DNA of 63,907 nucleotides, the filler included, from Candidatus Woesearchaeota archaeon (GTDB lineage: Archaea; Nanobdellota; Nanobdellia; Woesearchaeales; DATGWN01): NCBI GenBank assembly GCA_047603125.1. It is 6 parts of 6 records of this genome, joined end to end, with 100 filler letters (N's around TTAATTAATTAA, not from the genome) between each part and the next. Parts side by side here need not be neighbours in the genome. Positions count along the whole stretch, not along the records: positions 44,602 to 55,442 come from JBLKOU010000039.1; positions 55,543 to 63,907 come from JBLKOU010000047.1; 4 more parts are not named here. One strand, 5' to 3'. Numbering within the stretch: position 1 is the first letter of the stretch; each line of letters begins with the position of its first letter. Positions 48,775 to 59,075 of this stretch are shown here, one piece after another. Below the pieces are notes generated by a model. It searched no databases and was not told the origin of the DNA. It was given only the letters and a program-made list of their open reading frames with translations. A program made the position numbers and the translations under genes.

Positions 48775-49617
48775 CTACTCACTCTTAGAAGATGATTCAG
48801 CGTCTTTGGCCTTCTTTTTCTTTTCCGCAGCTTCATCACCAGCATCACTCGTTCCCATCGTCTGGAAAACAAGTAAGTCTTCTGTCGTTAGCTTTCGCTT
48901 CGTTTTAATCTTTTCAGCAACTTCTACCTTTTGCGTTTCAAGGCGTTTTGTCATTTGCTGATTTTCCATTTTACGAGGCTTTGGAATATGTGTAGATTCG
49001 CCAAGCTGTTTTTTAATTTTTAAGTATGATTCTTTTGCAATCTTTTCATCCTTTCGCAATGTGTCAACTTCTTGAGCTAATTGCAACAAAGCTTCATGCT
49101 CTTCTTGTGAGCGTTTTGCAGCATCTTGAATTTCATGGTGAATTGCATCAGATTCTTTTTTTAATAAACGTAATTTTTTCCCCAATTTTCCGGTCATGCG
49201 TGCAGAATCATAGGAATTTTTTGACTCATCTAAAAGCTTCTTTTTTTCTTTAAGCTTTTTCATCATTTGTTTTTCTTTATCAAAGCTCACACCAGCCGTT
49301 TCAATTGCACGTTCTAGCTGCTCAGCTTCTTTTTTTAATTTTCCAAATGACATTCCTTTTGGTAATGTAACTTTTTTAACTTGAGATTGTGATTGTGGTT
49401 TAATATCTTTTAATTGTGTAATAACTTCTTTAATTTGTTCATTAATCGTATTTCGTTGATCTTTTTTATCTTGAACAAATTGAGTGAGTTGATCACGCTG
49501 CTCTTTATGCTCTTTAATCTTATTAATTGCTTGCACAATTTTTTCAGAAACTTCACGTTGTTTTTGAAACCACGTTTCCTTATTCTGTTTGAGCGTATCA
49601 GTTTGCATTGTCATCAA
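48775..49617 (-). CDS. Archaeal coiled-coil protein (COG1340-like)
   Basis: K/E/Q-rich heptads; C-terminal KLTTEDLL. Confidence 0.75.
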   Translation of the reverse strand: MMTMQTDTLKQNKETWFQKQREVSEKIVQAINKIKEHKEQRDQLTQFVQDKKDQRNTINEQIKEVITQLKDIKPQSQSQVKKVTLPKGMSFGKLKKEAEQLERAIETAGVSFDKEKQMMKKLKEKKKLLDESKNSYDSARMTGKLGKKLRLLKKESDAIHHEIQDAAKRSQEEHEALLQLAQEVDTLRKDEKIAKESYLKIKKQLGESTHIPKPRKMENQQMTKRLETQKVEVAEKIKTKRKLTTEDLLVFQTMGTSDAGDEAAEKKKKAKDAESSSKSE

Positions 49618-49650
49618 TCACCTAAAATAATAAAAAAATAAAAAAGGAAT

Positions 49651-49956
49651 TTAGCCGAAAAGAGCTCCTAGACCCGCTGCGGCTGCACCGTCATCCTTTT
49701 TCTCTTCCTTCTTTTCTTCCTTCTTTTCTTCAGCTGCTTTTGGCGCTTCACCGGCGGATGCAGGTGCTGCGACAGTTGCTACTGCGGCTTTTTCAATTGC
49801 TTGGTCAATATTGACTCCATCAAGTGCTGCAACAAGTGCTTTGACTCGAGCATCATCAACTGTGACTCCAGCTGCTTCTAATATTTTTTTGACAGCTGCT
49901 TCTTCGATTGTTTTTCCAGCTTTGTGGAGTAACATCGCTGCGTATACGTATTCCAT
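49651..49956 (-). CDS. rpl12: Ribosomal stalk protein L12 (P1)
   Basis: [11 protein letters not shown] ... GLGALFG. Confidence 0.97.
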   Translation of the reverse strand: MEYVYAAMLLHKAGKTIEEAAVKKILEAAGVTVDDARVKALVAALDGVNIDQAIEKAAVATVAAPASAGEAPKAAEEKKEEKKEEKKDDGAAAAGLGALFG

Positions 49957-49969
49957 TATCAGTATCCTC

Positions 49970-50812
49970 CTATTGTGTTATTTGTTTAAGTGCATTTGCT
50001 TGTTGAGCCGCTTTGCCAACGAGTTTTTCTACAACTCCGTCAGCAGGGAACGCACTTTCCAATGCAACTGCGTTTGCATCTTTGAATGCTTTACCAATAA
50101 TTACATCAGTAGTGCTTGCATTCATGATAGTACATTCAACCGCTAAGTTAAATGACCATTGATGAGCTTGTGTTATATTGTTGATAAATGCTTGTTCATC
50201 AACATCGAGTACATCTTTTTTGAAAATAATACCATCTTCAAATGTCGCTTGTAAATTCAATCCAATTTCCATTGGCTCAATTTTTAACCGAGTAAGTACA
50301 CCAGCTAAACCTGCGCTGATTGTCTCCCCTTCTTTTGCAACAACGGCATCTTCTTTAATTGCAACCTTTCCACCTTCAATACCTGCTTTAATCTTATATT
50401 TTCCAAGTTCTCCAATGATTGGACCCGGAGCAAATTCAGTTGGACCTGCAGGCACAACAATATCTCTTGGTGCAATGTTTCCAGCCTTTGCCGGAGCACT
50501 CGATTTACTTTTTTTAAGTAATTTAAATAATTTGAATGGATTTTCTTTTGCAAAAATAATTGCCGGCATTCCTCGCAAGTATTGTGACAATTCATTAATA
50601 CCTTTCTTATCAGCCTGTGCTTTCTCTAAAACACGCTTTAAGAGGCGTTTTTTTGTCATTTTTAGCACAATGCCATTTGCTCGCAGTGATGCGCGCATAT
50701 TTTGAACTTGAGGTGTTGGTAAACCCTGCATATCGACAATTCCAACAATAGGATATTCCTTAACAATTTGGGCAATTTGTTCAACGACATCTTTTTTGTA
50801 TTCTTGAACCAT
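49970..50812 (-). CDS. rpl10: Ribosomal protein L10 (P0)
   Basis: NPFKL, VPAGPT..PGP. Confidence 0.95.
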   Translation of the reverse strand: MVQEYKKDVVEQIAQIVKEYPIVGIVDMQGLPTPQVQNMRASLRANGIVLKMTKKRLLKRVLEKAQADKKGINELSQYLRGMPAIIFAKENPFKLFKLLKKSKSSAPAKAGNIAPRDIVVPAGPTEFAPGPIIGELGKYKIKAGIEGGKVAIKEDAVVAKEGETISAGLAGVLTRLKIEPMEIGLNLQATFEDGIIFKKDVLDVDEQAFINNITQAHQWSFNLAVECTIMNASTTDVIIGKAFKDANAVALESAFPADGVVEKLVGKAAQQANALKQITQ

Positions 50813-50813
50813 C

Positions 50814-51461
50814 TTATAACACCTTAATTGCTTGACCCATTGTCAATTTAATCATCACCGTTTTTAGATTATTCACTTCTTTTGGAAGGTGGTGGATGAG
50901 TTGTTCAATTGCCGAATCTAAATTCTCAACAAGTTGATCATCGCTCAAGCTCTCTTTTCCAAGTGGAACTTGAATAATTGGTGCAGATTTTGCACGAAGT
51001 CGGATTGTATATTGCAAGCGCTCAACAATCGGTTGTAAATTTGCTTTTGGTGGCACAACACAGCCTGCCTTTGGATTTGGCATTTTGTTTCGAGGACCAA
51101 AGACACGTCCAAATGTTTGGGCAATCTTTGGCATAATCGTTGCTTGTGCAATAAAAAAATCAAACTCATCTGCGAGTTTTTTAATATCCTGTTTTGTTAA
51201 TTTTTCAAAATCAGAAACTGTTAATGTCTTATGGAGATGTTTTTTACTCTCTTCAATAAGCTCTGGACCGACCAGACCACATATTTTGAGAGTACGTTTT
51301 GGATCATGAGGAAGCTGCATATAAAAATCAACCTGCTCCTCAGGTTTTTTTAAATTTAAATCTTTTAGATTTGCTACTAAATCAACTGTTTGTTCAAATT
51401 TTCGTTTCTGCGTGCTCTCGCGAAGCTTTGCAACAGCATCCTGTAATATTTTTTTATCCAT
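50814..51461 (-). CDS. rpl1: Ribosomal protein L1
   Basis: RKFEQTVDL, GRVFGPRNKMP, KLTMG. Confidence 0.95.
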   Translation of the reverse strand: MDKKILQDAVAKLRESTQKRKFEQTVDLVANLKDLNLKKPEEQVDFYMQLPHDPKRTLKICGLVGPELIEESKKHLHKTLTVSDFEKLTKQDIKKLADEFDFFIAQATIMPKIAQTFGRVFGPRNKMPNPKAGCVVPPKANLQPIVERLQYTIRLRAKSAPIIQVPLGKESLSDDQLVENLDSAIEQLIHHLPKEVNNLKTVMIKLTMGQAIKVL

Positions 51462-51605
51462 GATAACACCCTACTAGGCAAGAAGCTTAGTTCTTGGGAA
51501 ATACTATAAGCAAATGCGACCTATTTATAAATGTTTTGTCTTGAATTAATTTTTCCAGTTCATTTTGCAAGTAACTTTTTAAATAAAATCCCTCCTTCCC
51601 CCTTC

Positions 51606-52301
51606 ATGTTTCCAAATCACATTGCGATTATTCTCGATGGAAATCGCAGATATGCCAAAAAACACAATCTCGCTTCCCACAAAGGACATGAGCAGGGGGC
51701 AAAAACGCTCAAAACAATATTAGAACACCTAGATACAACTCCAACGAGTCAATGTACACTCTATGCCTTTTCAACTGAGAATTTTAAGCGAAGTGAAGCT
51801 GAAAAATCAGCTCTATTTACATTATTTGAAGAGGCTGCAAACCAACTTCTCAAAAGAAAAGACGAACTTCTCAAAAAAGATGTACGCGTACAGTTTATTG
51901 GAAATGTCACACGTTTTCCCGAGCATATTCAGCAATTAACCAAAAAAATTGCAGATTTAACACAACACTGCCAGAAAAAAACACTCAATATCTGTTTTGG
52001 CTATGGTGGTCGGGACGAAATAACACACGCAGTCCAAACTATTGCAAAGCAAGTTGAAAATGGCACATTACGCGCAGCCGATATTAGTGAGCAGACAATT
52101 GAACAATCTTTGTATTTATCAACATCTCCCGACCTGGTGATTCGAACTGGAGGAGCAAAGCGTCTTTCTAATTTCTTACCTTGGCAATCCGCATATAGTG
52201 AGTGGTTTTTCACCAACACACTTTGGCCAGAAATGACAACGCAAGAAATGGATGCTATTATTGAAGAGTTTGGGAAAAGAAAACGAAATTTCGGGAAGTG
52301 A
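51606..52301 (+). CDS. uppS: Undecaprenyl/polyprenyl diphosphate synthase
   Basis: HIAIILDGNRR, FSTENFKR, YGGR, IRTGG..RLSNFLPWQ. Confidence 0.95.
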   Translation: MFPNHIAIILDGNRRYAKKHNLASHKGHEQGAKTLKTILEHLDTTPTSQCTLYAFSTENFKRSEAEKSALFTLFEEAANQLLKRKDELLKKDVRVQFIGNVTRFPEHIQQLTKKIADLTQHCQKKTLNICFGYGGRDEITHAVQTIAKQVENGTLRAADISEQTIEQSLYLSTSPDLVIRTGGAKRLSNFLPWQSAYSEWFFTNTLWPEMTTQEMDAIIEEFGKRKRNFGK

Positions 52302-52336
52302 AAACATTTTTATTAACAAACATCCGAGAATTATTT

Positions 52337-52648
52337 ATGACGAGCACACTTCTAGAGTGGGACATTTATCAAATTCAAACTACGGATTCACCAATAACCG
52401 GCGTTAAACTTCAAGGAAGAATTAGAAAATTCTATATTGAACTTGAATAAAACATCCTTCTTGAAAATGCAACAGATATAAAGGATTGTGTTCGATTTGC
52501 ACTGCCTCATAAAGAAAGTCCCAAACAAATAATCAAATATGTTCACACGCTCATCCCCGACTGCAACATCACACTTCTCGAAGAAAAAGTCGTCAACCCG
52601 GTACTCTCAAAAATGAAAGTCAATATCAAAGAGCGATATACTATTTAG
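52337..52648 (+). pseudogene. 103-codon hypothetical gene with in-frame TAA at 52448
   Basis: MTSTLLEWDIYQ..RIRKFYIELE*NILLENATD..ERYTI fills the uppS-rps7 gap. Confidence 0.6.
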
Positions 52649-52679
52649 AAAAAATAAAACAAAGAAAAAAATAAAAAAT

Positions 52680-53276
52680 CTATCGAGAACTATCCGCTTG
52701 ACGCTCCAACTCAAGTTTTTTTGCAATTGCTGCAGATTGGTTACTCAAGTTATACGCATGAATAATCTCATTTGCAAGCGCTTGCTCAATAGGTAATTTA
52801 GAGTTAAACGCTTTTTGTGAAGCAGATTGTGTCATGTAGCGAATCGTAATATCAATTCGACGCTGTGGCGCACATTCTACCGATTTTGGATATCGAGCTC
52901 CACCATATTCAATCGTTAAAATTTCTTCTCTTGGCGCTGCATTTACAATTGCACTCACAAGAACAACAATTGGATTTTCTTTTGTTTTTTGCTCAACAAT
53001 TTCAAGTGCTTGTTCCATAATCTGCATAACACTTTGTGCCTTTCCAGTTTTATGTCCTGAACTTTGCAAATGCTTCTTACTTTTATGGCCTGAGACCATG
53101 ATTTTATTCATGAACCGCTCAACAACTGTCATCTTCGACTTATGAAAACGGTTATTCGCTGAGCGACCACCAGTTTTTGGCACAATAATTGGTTTTGTTG
53201 TAATGTACGGTTTTAGACCAGGATCTGCAATAACAACTCCTGAATCATCCCATCTATTAAAATATTTAATTTGCAT
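52680..53276 (-). CDS. rps7: Ribosomal protein S7
   Basis: NAAPREE, PQRRID, ERQADSSR. Confidence 0.96.
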   Translation of the reverse strand: MQIKYFNRWDDSGVVIADPGLKPYITTKPIIVPKTGGRSANNRFHKSKMTVVERFMNKIMVSGHKSKKHLQSSGHKTGKAQSVMQIMEQALEIVEQKTKENPIVVLVSAIVNAAPREEILTIEYGGARYPKSVECAPQRRIDITIRYMTQSASQKAFNSKLPIEQALANEIIHAYNLSNQSAAIAKKLELERQADSSR

Positions 53277-53284
53277 ATTCTCAC

Positions 53285-53722
53285 CTATTTACGCGCTTTC
53301 TCAATCTTTCCTTTGAGAAGAGCTTCTAATGACTGATCATTGACTTTGAGTACATTCCATCGAATACTTGGCAGATCACCTTTTGCTCGGCCCATCTTCC
53401 CACCAATACATTCAATCATTACTTCATCGTGCTCATCAACAAGCTTTGTTGCACCGTCCCCTGGTAAAAATGCAGTAACTTTTCGTCCGTTCTTTGTTAA
53501 TTGAACACGAACAGCTTTTCGCATTGCAGAATTTGGTTGCTTTGCTTCAATTTGCACTTTTTCAAGCACAATTCCTTTTGCTTGTGCAGCACCTTCAAGC
53601 GGATCTGACTTTGCTTTTAAGTTCAAAAGTTTTTTTACATATTTTCCACTGAGCCATTGACTATCATTTCTTCGTTTTTGCAACTTTACAGCCGCATTAA
53701 TTCCATTAGATTTTTTTCCCAT
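53285..53722 (-). CDS. rps12: Ribosomal protein S12
   Basis: [19 protein letters not shown]. Confidence 0.97.
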   Translation of the reverse strand: MGKKSNGINAAVKLQKRRNDSQWLSGKYVKKLLNLKAKSDPLEGAAQAKGIVLEKVQIEAKQPNSAMRKAVRVQLTKNGRKVTAFLPGDGATKLVDEHDEVMIECIGGKMGRAKGDLPSIRWNVLKVNDQSLEALLKGKIEKARK

Positions 53723-54171
53723 TAGTTCTCACCTTGTACTAATTCTATTTTTAATTCCTGAATATCAAAATATTTTTTTGCTATCATCTCATTATTTCGT
53801 AATGTTTGTGCGTTTCGACCAATTAAATATCCTCGTGTTTTTAGATCATTACAAACCATCGTATAAATTACACCCGAATCATTTTGCTGTTCTTTGACAT
53901 CAATTAATGAATTTGGTTTTGCAAGATTTACTAAAAAATCTTTCACATCCGGTTTGTATTCGACGATGCGTAATTGTTTATTAAATGTGTTCTTGAGCTT
54001 TTGTACATTGACTGCCTTTCTTCCAAGCGCCTTATATATATCGCCATCCTGAACGACAAAAGTCAACACTGAGAACATATCTTCAAAACAATCCTTTACA
54101 TGCGCACGTGTCATTTTTTCAAACATTGCAATGCGCTGCATCGTCTGTTGATCGAATTTAATAGTCTTCAT
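53722..54171 (-). CDS. nusA: Archaeal NusA-like KH-domain protein
   Basis: ALGRK, IVEY, LIGRNA; synteny. Confidence 0.9.
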   Translation of the reverse strand: MKTIKFDQQTMQRIAMFEKMTRAHVKDCFEDMFSVLTFVVQDGDIYKALGRKAVNVQKLKNTFNKQLRIVEYKPDVKDFLVNLAKPNSLIDVKEQQNDSGVIYTMVCNDLKTRGYLIGRNAQTLRNNEMIAKKYFDIQELKIELVQGEN

Positions 54172-54437
54172 ACTTGAATTGCCACCACGTTTATTAAGTG
54201 AGGCCGTTTACAGATAACGCTTAACTCTTCATTGGAAATTGATAATTTCTCAACAGGTGTTCCTGAAATAGTTGCATAGTATTGTATATCTTGCTCCGTT
54301 ACCGGATTGATATTTTTTGCAAGATAGATTTTGGCAATATGTTTTGATCGAAGTTTCTTTATTGTAACCCTCGGACCAAAGACATGTTTTTTTGCTAAAA
54401 TCGCATTTCTAATATCTTCTTGGTATGTCATATTCAA
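54168..54437 (-). CDS. rpl30e: Ribosomal protein L30e
   Basis: FG..T.K, LAKN, ELSVICKRPH; synteny. Confidence 0.85.
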   Translation of the reverse strand: MNMTYQEDIRNAILAKKHVFGPRVTIKKLRSKHIAKIYLAKNINPVTEQDIQYYATISGTPVEKLSISNEELSVICKRPHLINVVAIQV

Positions 54438-54550
54438 ACTCCCAACCCCTGACGAGGCTGTTCTCTTGATAAAGAACGAAATCGAGGTTCATTTATAAAG
54501 GTTTTGGCAAATCCCCCCATGTTTTCACGCATGCAGCTCACACTCAAAAA

Positions 54551-55192
54551 CTACTTTTTTGCATATAAGATAAATTTGTGAAACGACAGAAGCGGAAAGC
54601 GCAAATGAGAAACCGGCATCTCCCCAATTTGAGAGAAATTTGCCTCATCCATATATGTGCGCATTTTTTGCACACCAGAGGGTTTATAACCCCAACATCG
54701 ACCCGTCATGCGAGATACAATATTATCACGCATCCCAATAACGAGCATAGAACCATCATCAGATAATAAATCCTCCACAAATGAAACTGCCCTCGGCGAG
54801 CCATATTCAGATATGGAGGCGGCACTCACTGCAAGCGAAAATGGCGCATGTTCTTGGAGCGTTCCTTGAGTCGAACCAAATGGCTGAATGGTAGATGGAT
54901 TATTAAAATCACCAATAAAGCTTGGATAGTTTGTTTTTGCAAAACGATTGAGCATTTTTTCTGAAAGATCCATGCCAACAATACGAGAATTTGGAAAATT
55001 TTCAGACAAAATCTTTGCCGATAACCCCGTCCCACAGCCAATATCAAGAATACCATTACGCGTTGAAACACTATCCCGACTCGCTAATTGTTCAATCCCG
55101 TGACGAAGTAAGCGGTGATAACCAGCAAGAAACATACTAAACTCGTAAAGTCCTGCCAAACGATCATATAAACGAGCAACTCGTGAACTCAT
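54551..55192 (-). CDS. Class I SAM-dependent methyltransferase
   Basis: LDIGCGTG, GMDLSEKML. Confidence 0.85.
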   Translation of the reverse strand: MSSRVARLYDRLAGLYEFSMFLAGYHRLLRHGIEQLASRDSVSTRNGILDIGCGTGLSAKILSENFPNSRIVGMDLSEKMLNRFAKTNYPSFIGDFNNPSTIQPFGSTQGTLQEHAPFSLAVSAASISEYGSPRAVSFVEDLLSDDGSMLVIGMRDNIVSRMTGRCWGYKPSGVQKMRTYMDEANFSQIGEMPVSHLRFPLLSFHKFILYAKK

Positions 55193-55235
55193 ACTAGAGG
55201 AGGAATGCTTCTCATTGAAATACTTTTCTCTTTGT

Positions 55236-55441
55236 ATGCTGTGTCGGATAAACCGGTAGAAATTCTTTAAAAAAAGTGAAACTATTTGATTTTAAAGAAA
55301 AGGACAGCCTTTCATCTAGCAGAAAGCTTTGCTTCGAGCGTATTTTTTCATACGCTCATAGTTCAAAAACTTCATTTTTGCTTCGTTAAAGCAATTTTCT
55401 TCTTTGTGACTCTTTACGCATTCGCCAAAACAGCGTTTAAC
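55236..55441 (-). mobile_element. IS right end: transposase C-terminal fragment (55316-55441) and terminal repeat (55236-55251)
   Basis: VKRCFGECVKSHKEENCFNEAKMKFLNY resembles the post-catalytic segment of IS5/IS4-superfamily DDE transposases; the 16-mer recurs at 22215. Confidence 0.55.
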
Positions 55442-55442
55442 T

Positions 55443-55542
55443 NNNNNNNNNNNNNNNNNNNNNNNNNNNNNNNNNNNNNNNNNNNNTTAATTAATTAANN
55501 NNNNNNNNNNNNNNNNNNNNNNNNNNNNNNNNNNNNNNNNNN
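55443..55542. other. Artificial contig linker
   Basis: N44-TTAATTAATTAA-N44. Confidence 0.98.
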
Positions 55543-57050
55543 GATATAGGAGGAGCAGGTTGTGGAGAAGGTGCAGGTGGTTTTTGTTCGACTGCTGGCT
55601 GAGAAGGCTGTTTAATTGGTTCAAACTGTTTACTATCAAGCGAGATGTTTGGATTTGTGGAACGTGATTGCGAAAGTGTGGAACTAATATGATTTGCAGG
55701 AGCTTTTGTTTGAATAAGTTCATGTAATTTATGCGATGAACCATCATCTGATTGAGTTTCTCGAGTTTTTATTGGTTTTTTAAAAGACGGTTGTGGAGTC
55801 AGTGGCGCTACTGGTTTTATTGGTTGTGAAAGAGGTTTGGAAGGAGGAGGGGTAACAGAGGATGATTGCTTAACAGGCGGTGCTACAGAGGGTTGAGAAA
55901 CAGGTTTTTGTAATGGTGATGCAGGCTTAGCAGATGCAGGAGTAATAGAGGATGGTTGCTTAACAGGCGGTGCTACAGAGGGTTGAGAAACGGGTTTTTG
56001 TAATGGTGATGCAGGTTTAGCAGGTGCAGGAGTAATAGAGGATGGTTGCTTAGCAGGCGGTGCTACAGAGGGCTGAGAAACGGGTTTTTGTAATGGTGAT
56101 GCAGGCTTAGCAGGTGAGGATTGCTTAATAGGTTGTGTTGTGTGTGGTTGTTGAACGGGTTTGTGCGATAATGAAGCTTTAGCAGGCTGTGAGTGCGGTG
56201 CTGCAGTTGGTTGCGATGTCGAGACTGTCACACGACCGTGTCGTTCTAACTCAACAATTTTTGTACGCGCTTTCACTAAATAATCGTAGACTTGATGTTT
56301 ATGATGTGCATACCCTTGAGGGAATTTTTTAAATAATTCTTCACACTGCACATATGTTTGCTTTGCAACATGTACATTCTGACCTTTTAAAGCAGTAGCG
56401 AGCTTTTGCAGCAGCATATTATACTGAGAAAAAAAGTCATTGTGTGTTTTATGCACATGATGAATTTGAATTTTTTGCAATTGTAAATGCTCATACATAA
56501 TCTTTGAATGCAGCAATGATTTTTTCTCGCTAAACTCTTCAGGAATTTCATCAAAGAGTTTATGTACAGTTTCATATAATTTTGTTGCCGTTTCTACATT
56601 TTTTTGTGCGATTTCATCCTGCAGGACACTTAATAATTGTAGAATATCATGTTCGTGTTTAATATAATCTTGTTCTAGGCGTTTGTAAAGATCATTTATT
56701 TTTGATTTTGCCGAGATAAGCTCACTTTTTAGATGTGTAAATAAATGCGAATGCATGTTTGTTAAATCAGACCACAGTGTGCGCAATCTCGTATAATGTT
56801 CGAGCGCAGAACTAAAATTTCCCGTAGAAATAACGACATCAAGTTCTGTTATTTGCGCATCCACAAGTGTGAGCCAATTTTTTTGTAAATCTTTGACTGA
56901 TTGGGAGAGTTCTAAAGTGTGTGCACGCTCTTTTGCGGATTCTTCTTGATGAACTTGAGAATGTGATTGTGATTCTTGAGACTGCTCACTACCTTTTGGT
57001 TTTTTTGTTTTCGTGCTTGCAACACTATCCAAGTATTCGTCAATATTCAT
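55543..57050 (-). CDS. Helical-repeat protein with P/Q/S/K-rich tail, 3'-truncated
   Basis: Repeated 'A..Y....F..P' helical units, then low-complexity sequence. Confidence 0.8.
55848..56115 (-). repeat. Coding 90-bp (30-aa) tandem repeat x3
   Basis: PASPLQKPVSQPSVAPPxKQPSSITPAxAK; period 90 at 55861, 55951 and 56041. Confidence 0.9.
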
Positions 57051-57475
57051 TCTTGTAATTTACGAAAATAATCCTGCCATAATCGCTCAACAGTTTCCGC
57101 ATCCAACCCTCGAGCTGCAGCCTTTAAAAAAAAGGATTTTCTAATCAATTGCTGATTATCAAGCACATAAGTGTTCCATTCGTTTTTTATTTGGGATAAC
57201 GGTATATTTTTTTGTGTTCTGGCATTAAAAAACTTTTGTTTATCATCTATCTCAAAATTAGATACATGACGCGTATTCAATGTTAAATACGGTGTGACAA
57301 ATTTATATTCCAAGAGCACCAAACCATCTTCAACAAGAAAGTCCACCCATGTCTGCATAGTGCTCTCATTTACTTTTAATTGTTTTGCAGCTTGTTGCAT
57401 GGAAATAGTCCCTTTTTCTTTTAAGAGTGCAACCAGTGAATCAACCCCTGTCCGAACGACATTATCCTCTATCAT
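57047..57475 (-). CDS. Hypothetical protein with N-terminal HTH-like domain
   Basis: TGVD.LV.LL..ISMQQAAKQLKV...WVDFLVEDG. Confidence 0.75.
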   Translation of the reverse strand: MIEDNVVRTGVDSLVALLKEKGTISMQQAAKQLKVNESTMQTWVDFLVEDGLVLLEYKFVTPYLTLNTRHVSNFEIDDKQKFFNARTQKNIPLSQIKNEWNTYVLDNQQLIRKSFFLKAAARGLDAETVERLWQDYFRKLQE

Positions 57476-57528
57476 AGCGTGTTAATATTTAAAAACATAT
57501 AAAAACTTAAGTAACCATTCTTTAATAG

Positions 57529-58560
57529 TTACTCAGGGCAAACAATGTTTGCTTCACCGTCAATAATGTCTCTTCTATCATCCCCACTCAAATATTTTAT
57601 TAATGTTTCATCCGATAACCGAAAATCCTCAAATTCAGTCAGGTTACTAATACCTGGAATTTGGTATAAGGGTTCATCACAATCCCAATCGTCCCAGAAT
57701 AAAAAGTCAACAAAATTCGTCGCGTTGTACTCGGTGCTAAGATTCCAATCAGTTCTTATAAAGTATTCATACCCATATTGACTTGATGCAATCGTTTGAT
57801 TGAGTAATCGATCTATGTATGTTGGTGGAGGATATGTTACATCTGCATCAATTCTTGCCTCAACAAAGCCAGTACTATTTATGTGATCGCGTAATTGACT
57901 TAAATTCCACAATCCTTGTTGAAATGTTCGAGGATCAATACGCACCTCAACATCCAAAGGAGTTAGATTAGTTCGCTGGTAGAATAAAGGATCCAAAAAA
58001 CCAACAATACTTGAACGCGTATGGACATATGCAGTTTTGTTTTGCCAGACTAATCGTTGATCACCTACATCAGACGTGTCAGATATCTCGAAATAAACTG
58101 GTAAAAGTACTGACACTTCCCAAAAATCCTCGTGGAAAATAAAAAAATTTTTTCGAGAGGTAGTAAAGGTTACTTGAAGACCCATCTCAGTTGAAATTAA
58201 ATCTTGTAAAGTTTCAAAACTCGCATTTAAGGAGTTTGTTATGTTTAATCCTGGATGCGTTGTCGAGCTTCCGTTGAGTATGAGCTCAAGAGTCACATTC
58301 AAAAAATCTTCGGGATCAATAGCTGGATTTTCCATCGAGTAATTTGTAATTGCAAGCAATGTCTCAGATAAAGCAAGCGACGTTAAGGACGGAAGAATAC
58401 TTAACTCCAAATCACTGGCTAAAATATTTGCGCTCGTATACTCCGGACTGATAAAATTCCTCTGCACAACGCTTTGATCGACAGAAACAAAGGTGTAAAA
58501 AACTAAAAGAAAAAAGAGTGAAATGATTGTAAACAACACCGCTTTTTTTGCTAATACCAT
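57529..58560 (-). CDS. Class III signal-peptide (pilin-like) surface protein
   Basis: KKA/VLFT followed by a hydrophobic helix; many N-x-S/T sequons. Confidence 0.7.
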   Translation of the reverse strand: MVLAKKAVLFTIISLFFLLVFYTFVSVDQSVVQRNFISPEYTSANILASDLELSILPSLTSLALSETLLAITNYSMENPAIDPEDFLNVTLELILNGSSTTHPGLNITNSLNASFETLQDLISTEMGLQVTFTTSRKNFFIFHEDFWEVSVLLPVYFEISDTSDVGDQRLVWQNKTAYVHTRSSIVGFLDPLFYQRTNLTPLDVEVRIDPRTFQQGLWNLSQLRDHINSTGFVEARIDADVTYPPPTYIDRLLNQTIASSQYGYEYFIRTDWNLSTEYNATNFVDFLFWDDWDCDEPLYQIPGISNLTEFEDFRLSDETLIKYLSGDDRRDIIDGEANIVCPE

Positions 58561-59075
58561 ACTCTCACCTCCACAACATAGGGTCCTAGAAGCGTTGTTG
58601 CGTTTTCCTTTCCAACAAATATCTTTCGCTTAACAATTTGTTGACGCGCATCCTCAAAATCTGCACCTGAAGAAAAAAACTCAGCCCCATCTATTAAAAA
58701 AACATACTCAACACCTGCACCAATTGCATCCGTTGCAGCTGAGCGAGTGATATTGCGAGCATGGTCATTTTGCGCAGGAACATCGCTTTGATTCAATTCA
58801 ATAATGATTTGGAGCAAACTTTTGTCCTTATCTTCTGAAAGTAAATCGATATGCCCATCAGCAATTGCGCGCTGGATATTCCCATCCGCAGTCATTTGTT
58901 CAACTGTTGTGTAAGAGAGCTGGCTTAAAAAATCAGTCGCATAAACATCTAATTGATAAGGATTCTGCGCATATGCACTAAAGCCTAAAATAAAAATAAT
59001 ACCACCGACTAATAAAACTAAGCCAATGATTAAATCCATTATAAAAAAAAAGCCTTTTTTTGTTTTCATCGACAA
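58551..59075 (-). CDS. Class III signal-peptide (pilin-like) protein
   Basis: KKG/FFFIMD followed by a hydrophobic helix; C-terminal GPY.VEV.VW. Confidence 0.75.
   Translation of the reverse strand: MSMKTKKGFFFIMDLIIGLVLLVGGIIFILGFSAYAQNPYQLDVYATDFLSQLSYTTVEQMTADGNIQRAIADGHIDLLSEDKDKSLLQIIIELNQSDVPAQNDHARNITRSAATDAIGAGVEYVFLIDGAEFFSSGADFEDARQQIVKRKIFVGKENATTLLGPYVVEVRVWY

Noticed and set aside
43331..52450. TAA stop-codon reassignment suggested by two in-frame stops
   Set aside because: TAA terminates many conserved genes here (rpoA', rpoA'', pcn, rps24e); TGA and TAG also act as stops.
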